64,000 nt of DNA, from contig NZ_JAQNDL010000001.1 in assembly GCF_028368995.1 (NCBI RefSeq), positions 192,001 through 256,000 on the forward strand. The letters run 5' to 3'. The first letter of the stretch is position 1; each line of letters begins with the position of its first letter. Made by a program: the position numbers and the translations under genes. Of the stretch, positions 9,530 to 18,860 are shown piece after piece. Below the pieces are notes generated by a model. That model worked only from the letters and a program-made list of their open reading frames with translations, made no database searches and was not told where the DNA came from. Source of the stretch: Nannocystis bainbridge. Lineage in GTDB: Bacteria > Myxococcota_A > Polyangia > Nannocystales > Nannocystaceae.

Positions 9530-10945
9530 CTACCCGCCGGCCGTCTGCAGCTCGGCGACGTACCAGTCGCCCCACTCGAGCCGCATCTGCATCACCAGCG
9601 TGGCCGGCTGCTTGCCGTCGGGGTCCTGGTTGCGCAGGGTGACGACCGCGTGCGGGGCGTAGGCCCCGGGCACGATCTCGAGCCGCTCGACCGCCAGGCG
9701 AGCGCCGCGCTTGAACCGCCCGGTGGCCTCGGCGAACGCGAAGGTGCGGGCGGCGTCGACCGTCTGCAGGCGCATCATCGCCGCGTTCATGGCCGTGTCG
9801 GCGTCGCTCTCGGCGAAGAAGCGGGCGCCGACGTAGGCCTGGGCGAACTCGAAGAAGAAGCTGATGACCTGGTCCTTGGACAGCGCGCCCTCGACCCCGA
9901 GCGCCTCCATGAAGCCGCGCGTGCCGGTGCGGAGGACGACGTCCTGGACCTTGGAGAACGGCAGCTCCTCGGCGCCCTCGGGCTCGGAGTCGACGATGTC
10001 CTCGAGCGCGGCCACGAACTGCTGGACCGCCGCCCGCCCGTCACCCGGCAGCTGCTCGGCGATGGTGGTCATGGTGCGCTGGCGGATCTTGCGGCTGTAG
10101 GTCGGCGACATCATGCGCCGCGCGACCTCGAGGTCGCCGCCGTCGAGCGCCTTGAGGAAGCCGCGGGCCCGCTCCGTCGCGCGCGCGCTCTGCTCGGCCG
10201 GCGTGTCCATGTCCGGCAGCTCGCTCAGCATCTGCGCCGCCTCGGAGATCGGGATCGCGTAGCCGCCGACGCGGTGCTTCCACGTCCAGCTGACCACCCC
10301 GACCACGCGGCCGAAGCGGTCGAGCACCGGCCCGCCGCTCTGCCCGCGACGCACCGCCTGCGACAGCCCGAAGAACGCCCCCGGCCCGACCGCAGGGTTG
10401 TAGACCGCGAGCTCGCGGACGTCGCCGGTGCGGGCCACGAACCCGGTCGTCGGCTTGCCGCCTGGACCTGTGGCCTCGTCCTCGCCCGGGCGCGCCAGCA
10501 GCAGCACGCGGTCCTTGGCCTGCAGGTAGTCCTCGATCGGCGCCGAGCCGACGGTCGCAAGCGGCAAGGACGGCAGCGGCGCGTCGACGTCGACCTTGAT
10601 CAGCGCGAGGTCGCGGCTCGGATCGATGTAGACGATGCGGACCGCGGCGAAGCTGCGCGGGGGCTTCAGCGCCGGGAACGTGATGTCCTCGATGTGATCG
10701 GCGTCCTCGATCACGTGGCGGTTGGTGATGAGATAGCCGTCGGGGTCGACCACGAACGCGAGGCCGCGGCCGACGTCGGTCGAGATCACCGCGACCGCCG
10801 CGGCCCCCTTCTGCGCCACCGCGATGTCCTGGAGGGCGCGCCCGGCCTTGCCGCGCTCCAAATTCACGTCGCCGATCGGGCGGCTGGCACAGCCCAGGGC
10901 GACGAGGGCGGCGCACAGCGACAGGATCCGGATCGCAGCAGGCAC
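9530..10945 (-). CDS. Trypsin-like (S1C-type) serine protease lipoprotein
   Basis: GGAGG RBS before GTG 10945; lipobox LGC; triad TNRH, RDLAL, GQSGGP; C-terminal helical domain of unknown type. Confidence 0.8.
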   Translation of the reverse strand: MPAAIRILSLCAALVALGCASRPIGDVNLERGKAGRALQDIAVAQKGAAAVAVISTDVGRGLAFVVDPDGYLITNRHVIEDADHIEDITFPALKPPRSFAAVRIVYIDPSRDLALIKVDVDAPLPSLPLATVGSAPIEDYLQAKDRVLLLARPGEDEATGPGGKPTTGFVARTGDVRELAVYNPAVGPGAFFGLSQAVRRGQSGGPVLDRFGRVVGVVSWTWKHRVGGYAIPISEAAQMLSELPDMDTPAEQSARATERARGFLKALDGGDLEVARRMMSPTYSRKIRQRTMTTIAEQLPGDGRAAVQQFVAALEDIVDSEPEGAEELPFSKVQDVVLRTGTRGFMEALGVEGALSKDQVISFFFEFAQAYVGARFFAESDADTAMNAAMMRLQTVDAARTFAFAEATGRFKRGARLAVERLEIVPGAYAPHAVVTLRNQDPDGKQPATLVMQMRLEWGDWYVAELQTAGG

Positions 10946-11384
10946 AACCTCCAGGCTACGGCACGCCCGCGACGCGGGCCAGCCGGAAGCAAATTCCCGT
11001 GTGGGCGCGCCCACGGACGCGCTCGCGGCCCGGGCGCGCCGCCGCGCGAGCCCCTGCGTCTGCGCCGGACCACCGCGGCCGAGCCCGCACCCGCCGTCGT
11101 CGCGACCGACATGTCACCAGTCCCGAGAGACCTGGCCCAAGAGACAGCATGAATCATGCCCGCGGAGGGCGCGCGGCGAGGTGCGGACCCGCCGTCGCGT
11201 CCGCCGATCTAGCGACGCCCGCCGCGAGATCATGAGCCCGCGTTCACGCGGCCCGCAATCGCGGGAAAGCGCCCACGCCTGTCGCTCGTGGCCCACGCGG
11301 CGGCGCATGTCCTGCCACACGCGCGCCGCTGGCCGCCGTCGAGTTCGCCGCCGCACCGCTGTGTTAGCGTGCGGTCGGACCTCC

Positions 11385-12827
11385 ATGACTCGCCTCATCG
11401 CCTACATCTCGATCCCCTGCGCGCTCGCTCTCGCACCGCTCGCCGCGGCGGCCGATCCCGGTCAACAGACGCTGTTCGGCCAGCCGGTGCAGGCCGCGCC
11501 CGAGCTCACCGAGGAGGAGATCGCGGAGCGGCGGGCCGCCTTCGAGAAGTACCTCGACGACAACGACCTCATCCACGCCGGCGGGCTCGTGGTCCCGCGG
11601 TCGATGGCCGAGGACGATCTCCAGGCCGGCCCGCGGCCGACCTACGCCTGGGACACCCCGCCGAAGCGCCACACGGTGTTCCTCAACTTCTTCGGCGGCG
11701 AGATGACGGGCGGCACCAACTCGGCGTTGATGGAGTCGCCGTGCATTCAGGGCGGCAAGGTCCAGTACCCGCAGTTCCTGCGCTCGGAGCAGGAGGCGCT
11801 GGCGATCATCCAGGTGTTCCAGGACGCGATGACCCCGTTCGGCGTGCGCATCGCCTACGAGAAGGCGCCGCCGAAGCACCTGCCGTACAGCATGGTGATG
11901 ATGGGCGGCAAGCCGGGGGTGATCGGCCTGCCGAACGGCGTGCTCGGCGTCGCCTGCAACCTCGACTGCGGCGACACATGGTGGCGCGACACGACCTTCG
12001 CCTTCACCGAGGTCGCCGGCGACATCCAGGTGCTCGGCACCACCGCGCTGCAGGAGGCCGCGCACGCGTGGGGCCTCGACCACATCGACGGCGAGGACAA
12101 CATCATGTACCCGTACGCCACCTTCGGAAAGAAGGTGTGGGCCGACACCTGCACGCCGTACAACGCGGCTACGGGGCCGATCGGCTGCGAGTACGTGCAC
12201 GACGAGTTCTGCGGCGAGAACGGCGGGGCGCAGAACGACGTCGCCGAGCTGATGGCGTTCTTCGGCGCCAACTCGGTCGACGACGTGCCGCCGACGGTCA
12301 CGCTGCTGTCGCCCGCCGACGGCGCTGTGATCGAGCCCGGCACCGACGTCCTCGTCGAGGCCGAGATCAGCGACAACTTCGAGGGCTACGGCTGGCGCAT
12401 GATGATCCCCGAGGCCGACATCGAGGCGCCCGCCTACTCCGGCGAGAAGGAGTGGTCGATCAAGCCGCCGAAGGGCACCTACACGATCCGCGTCGAGGCG
12501 CTCGACCACGACGGCAACATCGGCTTCGCCGAGGCCGTGATCCACGTCGGCGTCGAGCCGGCCGACCCGACCACCGGCGAGCCGACCACCGGCGACACCT
12601 CCGACACCGGCGACACCACCGACGGCCCGTCGAGCGAGACCGACACCGAGGGCAACGTCTCGGGCGGCTCCAACGGCACCTCGGCCACCGCCACCGCCAC
12701 CTCGCCGCTCGATCCCGGCGGCGACGAGAGCGGCTGCAACTGCGTCACCGCGCCTGTCTCTCGCGACATGTCCGTTTGGATGTTCGCGCTCGCCGGCCTC
12801 GGCCTCGTTCGCCGGCGCCGCTCCTGA
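11385..12827 (+). CDS. Secreted zincin-like protein with Ig-like domain and MYXO-CTERM anchor
   Basis: Signal peptide; QEAAHAWGLDH..NIMYP (Met-turn); PPTVTLLSPADG Ig-like; Thr-rich linker; SGCNC + TM + RRRRS tail. Confidence 0.8.
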   Translation: MTRLIAYISIPCALALAPLAAAADPGQQTLFGQPVQAAPELTEEEIAERRAAFEKYLDDNDLIHAGGLVVPRSMAEDDLQAGPRPTYAWDTPPKRHTVFLNFFGGEMTGGTNSALMESPCIQGGKVQYPQFLRSEQEALAIIQVFQDAMTPFGVRIAYEKAPPKHLPYSMVMMGGKPGVIGLPNGVLGVACNLDCGDTWWRDTTFAFTEVAGDIQVLGTTALQEAAHAWGLDHIDGEDNIMYPYATFGKKVWADTCTPYNAATGPIGCEYVHDEFCGENGGAQNDVAELMAFFGANSVDDVPPTVTLLSPADGAVIEPGTDVLVEAEISDNFEGYGWRMMIPEADIEAPAYSGEKEWSIKPPKGTYTIRVEALDHDGNIGFAEAVIHVGVEPADPTTGEPTTGDTSDTGDTTDGPSSETDTEGNVSGGSNGTSATATATSPLDPGGDESGCNCVTAPVSRDMSVWMFALAGLGLVRRRRS

Positions 12828-12837
12828 CCCCGCGGCC

Positions 12838-13731
12838 ATGCCGCGTCGCCGACGTCCCGGCCGGACCGGAGCCCCGCCCCGGTCCGCGCCGCCGGAGCCG
12901 GAGGGCCGGCTGCGCGCCCCGCTGGCCGCGCTGTTCCCCGACGGCCTGCCCTCGCCCCCGCCGCCCCCGCCGCCTGCCCCGCCGCCCCCGCGGCTCGTCA
13001 GCGAGCGCGAGCTGATGGCGCGGGCGTTCGCGGCCCTGGCCACCGGCGACGCGCTCGACTTCGAGGCCATGCGCGTGGTCGCAAGCCTGGCCGCTGCGAC
13101 AGGTCCCAAACGACAGGTCCTTTCGACCAGCCCGTCCGTCGCCGCGAAGCCGACGAAGGCTGCGACGCGAGCCGGCAGCGCGCCGAGCCCCGGCGCCACC
13201 ACGCTCGCCGCGAACAGTGCCCCCGCGAGCGCCGGCGCCTCCCCTGCCACGACCTCGCCCCCCGCCACGAGCGCCCCCGCCTCGTCCACGGCGACGGACC
13301 CCGCCGCCCCTGCCCCACGCGACCCTCAACCGAGCCGGCCGGTGGCCGCGCTGCAGCAGCGCGCCTGGGCCGGCGCCGGCTGGCGCGACGAGCCGGGCCG
13401 CTCCCACGATCCCGCCCGCACGGCCGCCGAGTTGGTCGCCCGCGCCCGCCGCGGTCGTCTGCCGACCCTGCGCCTGCGCGGCCTGCGACGCGAGCCCGCC
13501 CTCGAGGCGCTGATCGCCTTTGTCACCCGCGAACGCGCCGCCCGCAGCCGCTACGTCCGGATCGTCACCGGCAAGGGCCTCGGCAGCCCCGGCGACCCCG
13601 TGCTCAAGGAGACGCTGGCCTTGTGGTGCGCCTCGTCGGCCGGCGAGGCCGACGTCGTCGCCTGGGCCCCCGAGGTCGACGTCCGCGGCGAGTACGGCTC
13701 GGTCATCCTCCAGCTGCGCCCGCTCACGTGA
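12838..13731 (+). CDS. Smr/MutS2-domain protein
   Basis: C-terminal LRLRGL..EPALEAL..VRIVTGKGLGS..PVLK..GEYGS. Confidence 0.8.
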   Translation: MPRRRRPGRTGAPPRSAPPEPEGRLRAPLAALFPDGLPSPPPPPPPAPPPPRLVSERELMARAFAALATGDALDFEAMRVVASLAAATGPKRQVLSTSPSVAAKPTKAATRAGSAPSPGATTLAANSAPASAGASPATTSPPATSAPASSTATDPAAPAPRDPQPSRPVAALQQRAWAGAGWRDEPGRSHDPARTAAELVARARRGRLPTLRLRGLRREPALEALIAFVTRERAARSRYVRIVTGKGLGSPGDPVLKETLALWCASSAGEADVVAWAPEVDVRGEYGSVILQLRPLT

Positions 13732-13770
13732 GCCCGCCTGCTCCGGTTCGGGCTCCCGCCACCGCTCCCA

Positions 13771-13865
13771 GGACATGCTCGATCGGCCATGACCTCGAGG
13801 ACATGCCACTCAAGACATGTTCCTTCGAACATGCCCTCGAGAGCATGTCCTCTACGAGCATGAAG
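13771..13865. repeat. 14-bp periodic palindromic array between convergent genes
   Basis: CATG at 13774, 13788, 13802, 13816, 13830, 13844, 13859. Confidence 0.92.
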
Positions 13866-13867
13866 GC

Positions 13868-15154
13868 TCAGTCGTCGTCGTCGGGCTCGTCGCTGCCGGT
13901 CGGCTCGATGCGGACGCGGATCACGTGGCGCGCGTCGGCCTCGAGCACGCCGAAGCGCAGGCCCTCCCACACGAACACCGAGCCGGCGATGGGGATCTGG
14001 CCGGCCAGGTAGGTCAGCAGGTCGCCGACGCTGATGACGCCTTCGAGGTCGGGCAGCTCGACGTGCATCCGCTCTTCGACCCGCGTCAGGCTCTCCTGCC
14101 CGTCGACGAGCGCCGCGCCGCTCACGTCCGGCACGGGGGTCAGCGGCGCCCGGTCGCTCTCGTCGAAGATCTGGCCGACGATCTGCTCGAGCACGTCCTC
14201 GAGGCTGACGATGCCGATCGCATCGCCCGCGTCGTCGACCACGATCGCCAGGTGAACCCGCTGCTCCTTGAACCGCTGCAGCAGGTCATGGAGCCGCATC
14301 GTCAGGCTGACGAACACCGGCTGCCGGATCACCCGGGACAGCCGCTCGTCGTCGGCCAGGTCGACCAGCTGCTTGATGTGCAGGATGCCCTTGATGTTGT
14401 TGAGCTGGCCCTCGTACACCGGCAGCCGGCTGTGTCCGGAGCGCAGCGCCACCTCGCGCACCTTCGCCACGGACCACGCCAGGTTGACCGCGGTGATCCG
14501 GGTGGCCGGGATCATGATGTCGCGGACGATCTTGGCCTCGAAGCGGACGATGCCGGCGAGCAGCATGGCCTGCCCCGGATCGATCGAGCCCTCGCGCTGG
14601 CCGACCTGGACGAGGTAGCCGATGTCGTCCGACGTGACCTTGTTGCTGCTCCCCGCGCCGGCCTTGCGCTCGAGTCGCTTGACGATCGCGCCGGTGATCG
14701 CGGTGAGCAGCCACAGCGCCGGCGCCATGAGCTTGCTGAGCCCGCGCAGCACCCACAGCGCCGGCAGGGCCAGCCGATCGCTGTAGATCCGGCCGATCGC
14801 CTTGGGGGTGATCTCGCCGAGGATCAGCAGCAACACGGTGGTCACGAACACCGCCCCGCCGACCGCCCAGCCGCCCCACGGCCCGCCCTCGAGGTGACGG
14901 ATCGCCAGCGCCGTCACGACCGCGCCCATCAGCGTGTTGGCGATGTTGTTGCCGACCAGGATGGTCGACAGCACCCGCACCGGCTCGCGCACCCAGAACG
15001 CCGCGACCCGGCCCTGCCGCCCCCCGTCCTCGACGAGGCGCTTGGCCTTGTGCACGTCGAGGCTGGTGATCGCGGTCTCCGAGCCGGAGAAGAACATGCT
15101 CGCGGCCAGGCACAGGACGACGATCAACAACCCCAGGACATCGGCATCGCTCAT
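13868..15154 (-). CDS. Hemolysin/CNNM (DUF21-CBS-CorC) membrane protein
   Basis: FFSGSETAI, TILVGNN, GEITPK, HSRLPVY, GIVSLEDVLEQIVG. Confidence 0.92.
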   Translation of the reverse strand: MSDADVLGLLIVVLCLAASMFFSGSETAITSLDVHKAKRLVEDGGRQGRVAAFWVREPVRVLSTILVGNNIANTLMGAVVTALAIRHLEGGPWGGWAVGGAVFVTTVLLLILGEITPKAIGRIYSDRLALPALWVLRGLSKLMAPALWLLTAITGAIVKRLERKAGAGSSNKVTSDDIGYLVQVGQREGSIDPGQAMLLAGIVRFEAKIVRDIMIPATRITAVNLAWSVAKVREVALRSGHSRLPVYEGQLNNIKGILHIKQLVDLADDERLSRVIRQPVFVSLTMRLHDLLQRFKEQRVHLAIVVDDAGDAIGIVSLEDVLEQIVGQIFDESDRAPLTPVPDVSGAALVDGQESLTRVEERMHVELPDLEGVISVGDLLTYLAGQIPIAGSVFVWEGLRFGVLEADARHVIRVRIEPTGSDEPDDDD

Positions 15155-15206
15155 CGGCGCGTCCCGCCGAATTTCTCACGAGTCGCGAGAGCCGCGCAAG
15201 CGGGCG

Positions 15207-16418
15207 TCAACGGAAGCACGTACCGGCCTCTTCCGCGAGGAAGCACGCCAGCGCCGCCGTCCGCCGGCGCAAGCTGTCGAGGCTGCACCACTCCTCGGTC
15301 TCGTGGAAATATTGCCCGTACGGCCCGAGGCCGTCGACGCACGGCACGCCGTCGGCCGCGAGCAGGTTGGCGTCGGATCCGCCGCCCTGCAGCGGGCACT
15401 CGCCGACTCGTAGGCCGCACGCCGCGGCGTAGGGCTCGTAGACCCCGCGCAGCCGCTGGCTCGCCGCTGTCGCCTCCATCGGCGGGCGCGTGATGCCGCC
15501 GGTGATCTCGACCACGACCCCGCGCAGCCGCTCGGGGACGTCCACCAACCCGGCGAACGGATCGCGCTGCAGCGCCTGCAGGAACCCCGCCACGCGCTCG
15601 GCGTCGGCCACGGTCTCGAAGCGCGCGTCGATCTGGCACTTGGCGCTCGCCGGCACCGTGTTCTTGGCCGTGCCGCCCTCGATGAGCCCGACGTTGAGGG
15701 TGACGCCGCGCGCGTAGTCGGTGAGCCGCTCGACGCGATCGACCAGCAGCGCGAGCGCGTGGATGGCGTTGACGCCCTTGTGATGGTTGTTGCCCGCGTG
15801 CGCCGCCTTGCCGCGGACCGTGATCGTGTAAAGCCCGCCGCCCTTGCGCCGGGTGACGATGGTGTCGCCCTCGCGACCCGACTCGAACACCAGCGCGCCC
15901 GTCAGCCGCGGCGCCAGCTCGCGGTACATCACCGCGCTGCTGGGCGAGCCGACCTCCTCGTCGCTGACGACGATGAAGCGCACCGGCACCCCGCGGCCCG
16001 GTGCGACCGTTCGCAGCGCCCGCAGGGCGAAGATCACCGAGGTCAGCCCCGACTTCATGTCGAGCACGCCCGGGCCGCGGGCGACGTCGCCGTCGCGGCG
16101 GAAGTTGAGGAACCCGAGCGAGCGCGGGAACACGGTGTCGATGTGCCCGACCAACGCCAGCGACGGGCCGTCGCCCACGCTCGGATCGGCGTAGATCCGG
16201 TGGTCGGCGAACCTGGCCGAAGGGTCCTGCACTTTGGTACAGGTGAGTCCGACGGCCGCGGCCGCCTCGTCGAGCGCCGCGGCCGCGATCTCGACATCGT
16301 CGCGGGCGTAGGTGTGGCTCGGGAGATCGACCAGGCGCTGCAGCAGCGGCACCTGGTCGGTCTCGAAGGCGGCGTCGACGGCAGCGCGCAGGCTGGCGCC
16401 GAGGAGTGGGTCGCGCAT
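15207..16418 (-). CDS. M20 family metallopeptidase/deacylase
   Basis: GHIDTV, GPGVLDMKSG, SDEEVGS, GKAAHAG, GGSDAN; follows argB. Confidence 0.88.
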   Translation of the reverse strand: MRDPLLGASLRAAVDAAFETDQVPLLQRLVDLPSHTYARDDVEIAAAALDEAAAAVGLTCTKVQDPSARFADHRIYADPSVGDGPSLALVGHIDTVFPRSLGFLNFRRDGDVARGPGVLDMKSGLTSVIFALRALRTVAPGRGVPVRFIVVSDEEVGSPSSAVMYRELAPRLTGALVFESGREGDTIVTRRKGGGLYTITVRGKAAHAGNNHHKGVNAIHALALLVDRVERLTDYARGVTLNVGLIEGGTAKNTVPASAKCQIDARFETVADAERVAGFLQALQRDPFAGLVDVPERLRGVVVEITGGITRPPMEATAASQRLRGVYEPYAAACGLRVGECPLQGGGSDANLLAADGVPCVDGLGPYGQYFHETEEWCSLDSLRRRTAALACFLAEEAGTCFR

Positions 16419-16438
16419 GGCCCGCGAGTGTAGCAGCG

Positions 16439-17272
16439 TCACCCGACCAGCACGGTGCCGACGCTGCCCGGCGCGGCCGCCTCGGCCTGCAGCGCGCCCG
16501 CGTTGGCGCCGAGGATGTGCACTGCGCCGATCCCGAGGGCCAGGTTGGCCAGCGCCTCCTCGACCTTCGGGATCATGCCGCCGACGATCCCCTTCATCTC
16601 GATCGCGCCGCGGGCCTCGGCCGCGCTGAGGCGGGCGATCCGCGTGCTCGGGTCGTCCTTGTCGCGCAGCACCCCCGGCACGCCGGTCATGAGGAACAGG
16701 TGATCGACCTTCAGCGCGCCCGCGATCGCCGACGACACCGTGTCGGCGTTGATGTTGAAGACCGGGCAGGTGGAGCCCTCGGTGTCGAGCCCGACGCCGA
16801 GCGTGTTGATCACCGGCGTGTAACCGCCGGCCCACAGGTGCTCGATGAGCGCGGTGCGGATCTCGACGACGTCGCCGACCAGACCGAAGTCGACCAGCTC
16901 CTCGTCGCCGCCGCTGACGCGCGTGGGCGGACGTCGGCGCGCCGTCACCAGCCCCGCGCTCACGCCCGAGATCCCGAGCGCGCCGCCGAGCCCGGCCGCG
17001 AGCGCGGCCGCGACGACGTCGACCGAGAGCTCGCCGGCGAGCACGTACTTCATCACCTGCAGGGTCGCCGCGTCGGTGACCCGACGGCCGCCGACCTTGA
17101 CGGGCTGCAGCCCGAGCCGCTCCTGCAGCGCGTTGGCCTGCGGCCCGCCGCCGTGGCAGATGGCGAACTTCCAGCCGGCCGCGGTGAGCCGGGCGACGTC
17201 GCCGAGCACCGCCGCGAGGGCGGACGCGTCGGCGATGACTTCGCCGCCGAACTTGAGGACCGCCGTCGTCAT
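16439..17272 (-). CDS. argB: Acetylglutamate kinase
   Basis: VLKFGG, HGGGPQ, GRRVTD, NINAD, GGMIPKV. Confidence 0.95.
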   Translation of the reverse strand: MTTAVLKFGGEVIADASALAAVLGDVARLTAAGWKFAICHGGGPQANALQERLGLQPVKVGGRRVTDAATLQVMKYVLAGELSVDVVAAALAAGLGGALGISGVSAGLVTARRRPPTRVSGGDEELVDFGLVGDVVEIRTALIEHLWAGGYTPVINTLGVGLDTEGSTCPVFNINADTVSSAIAGALKVDHLFLMTGVPGVLRDKDDPSTRIARLSAAEARGAIEMKGIVGGMIPKVEEALANLALGIGAVHILGANAGALQAEAAAPGSVGTVLVG

Positions 17273-18333
17273 GGCCACAGCCCCGGGGCGTCGATGCCGG
17301 CCGTCTCCGCGAGCCCGAGCATCAGGTTCATCGACTGCACCGCCTGCCCTGCCCCGCCCTTGACGAGGTTGTCGAGCGCGGTGACCACCGCCAGCTGGCG
17401 CTGACCGGTCGCCGGATCGACCTGTCCCAAAGTCCAGGACAGGTCGACGTACATGCTGCCCTTGATCGCCACCACCTCGGCGCCGACCTTGCTGCCGAGC
17501 ACGCGCACGAACGGGGCATCGCGGTAGTACTCGCCGAACAGCGCCTTGACATCGAGGTCGCCCGGCACCGAGATGATGGTGGTCGCCAGGATCCCGCGCA
17601 CCAGCGGCGCCGAGACTGGCACGAATGCCAGCGAGAACGCCTCCCCGTGGCCGCCCGCCGCGTCGCGCAGGGCCTGCTCGATCTCCGGCGTGTGCTGGTG
17701 GTTCAACACCTTGTACGTCTTGAGGTTGCCGGCGCGCAGCGGGTGGTGCGTGCCGATCTGCGCGTAGGCCCCCGAGCCGGACGAGCCGGTCATCGCCACG
17801 GTGTGGATGGGTCCGCGCAGCAGCCCCGCGTGGGCCAGCGGCAGCAGACCGAGCGCGATCGCGGTGGCGAAGCAGCCCGGCGAGGCGACCCGACGGGCCT
17901 CGCGGATCGCCGCCTTGTGCAGCTCCGGCAGGCCGTAGGCCCACGTGCCGAGGTGCTCGGGGTGCGGGTGAACGTCGCCGTAGAAGGTCTTGTAGTCGTC
18001 CTTGTTGCGCAGGCGAAAGTCGCCCGACAGGTCGATCACCCGCGCCGGCACGTCGGCGAGCTCGCCGGCCATGGTCGCGCTGACCTTGTGCGGCAGCGCC
18101 AGGAACACCACATCGACATCGCGGGCGGCCTCGGCCGCGGGGATGTTCTCGAACACCAGGCCGGTCTTCGGCAGGTTGCGGTGCACCGCCTCGAGCGGCT
18201 CCCCGACCTGGTCGATGCTGGTCACCCGGACCAGGTCGACGCCGGGGTGCCAACGAAGTAACCGGATCAGCTCGGCGCCGCCGTAGCCAGTTCCGCCAAT
18301 AATCGTCACGCGTGGCCGCGAATTCGTGGACAT
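17269..18333 (-). CDS. argC: N-acetyl-gamma-glutamyl-phosphate reductase
   Basis: IIGGTGYGG, FLALPH, IDLSGDFR, YGLPE, PGCFATA, DNLVKGGAGQAVQ. Confidence 0.96.
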   Translation of the reverse strand: MSTNSRPRVTIIGGTGYGGAELIRLLRWHPGVDLVRVTSIDQVGEPLEAVHRNLPKTGLVFENIPAAEAARDVDVVFLALPHKVSATMAGELADVPARVIDLSGDFRLRNKDDYKTFYGDVHPHPEHLGTWAYGLPELHKAAIREARRVASPGCFATAIALGLLPLAHAGLLRGPIHTVAMTGSSGSGAYAQIGTHHPLRAGNLKTYKVLNHQHTPEIEQALRDAAGGHGEAFSLAFVPVSAPLVRGILATTIISVPGDLDVKALFGEYYRDAPFVRVLGSKVGAEVVAIKGSMYVDLSWTLGQVDPATGQRQLAVVTALDNLVKGGAGQAVQSMNLMLGLAETAGIDAPGLWP

Positions 18334-18398
18334 GGGCTCTGTGCGGGACTTCCTAGCAGATGCCCGGGACCCGCGCGATGTCCGGCCTCGCCCGCGCA

Positions 18399-18495
18399 CG
18401 ACATCGCTGTCATGGCCTGTCGCGGCGGCCGGCGGGCCAGGACTGACAGCGGTGTCATACCGGCGCGGTGCGGGCCCGCTCATGACAACCTGTCA
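18399..18495. promoter_or_regulatory. Three TGACA-N3/4-TGTCA palindromes (candidate activator/UAS or repressor sites)
   Basis: CGACA-TCGC-TGTCA 18399-18412; TGACA-GCGG-TGTCA 18444-18457; TGACA-ACC-TGTCA 18483-18495. Confidence 0.6.
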
Positions 18496-18521
18496 TCAAT
18501 GATCTCGACGACTTGCCAACC

Positions 18522-18537
18522 TGGCTCGTGACCTGCA
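18522..18537 (+). promoter_or_regulatory. Candidate sigma54 (-24/-12) promoter
   Basis: TGGCTCG-TGAC-CTGCA matches TGGCACG-N4-TTGCW with exact GG-N10-GC spacing. Confidence 0.65.
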
Positions 18538-18546
18538 CTCAGGGTC

Positions 18547-18804
18547 GGTGTCGCCGGAATGACGCCGTCGACCCTACTTACCTTAGCTCTTCTGCTTGGC
18601 CTTCTTTAGCTTCCTGCCTTACGTCGCTTATCGCTTGGCTTCGGCTTCTTCTGACTTGAACCTTCGCGCTCAACTTACCCGCTTCTCCTAACGTATCGAG
18701 TCGTTTGAGCTTGTCGCGCTTCGCTTGGTCGGTGCAGTAGCAACTTCTTAGATCTGGGGGGGGACCCGGGATGCTTTGGTCGGCATCTCGGGTTCTCGAT
18801 TTTA
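18547..18804 (+). ncRNA. Candidate small RNA with CUU-repeat core
   Basis: Lower-GC island. 5' hairpin at the predicted +1; 22 CTT triplets counted in about 18577-18750; 3' hairpin followed by GATTTT. The G-U pairs form only on the + strand. Confidence 0.6.
18760..18804 (+). terminator. Intrinsic terminator-like hairpin
   Basis: GGGGACCCGGGATGC / GCATCTCGGGTTCTC 15-bp stem (3 G-U) then GATTTT. Confidence 0.6.
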
Positions 18805-18860
18805 AGCCCCCGAACGCCAGGCTCGCGGACCTCAGCACCAGCCAGGCTCAGCCCCGCGGC

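Noticed and set aside
13771-13865. CRISPR array interpretation of the periodic repeats
   Set aside because: The period is 14 bp with no unique 25-45 bp spacers, and there are no cas genes in the window.
18541-18810. tmRNA, 6S, SRP or RNase P RNA
   Set aside because: No tRNA-like ends or T-loop, no long self-complementary rod, no SRP or RNase P signature motifs.
18578-18838. 86-aa minus-strand ORF
   Set aside because: Codon usage unlike the genome and no recognisable motif; promoter and G-U hairpin evidence favour a + strand RNA. Not fully excluded.
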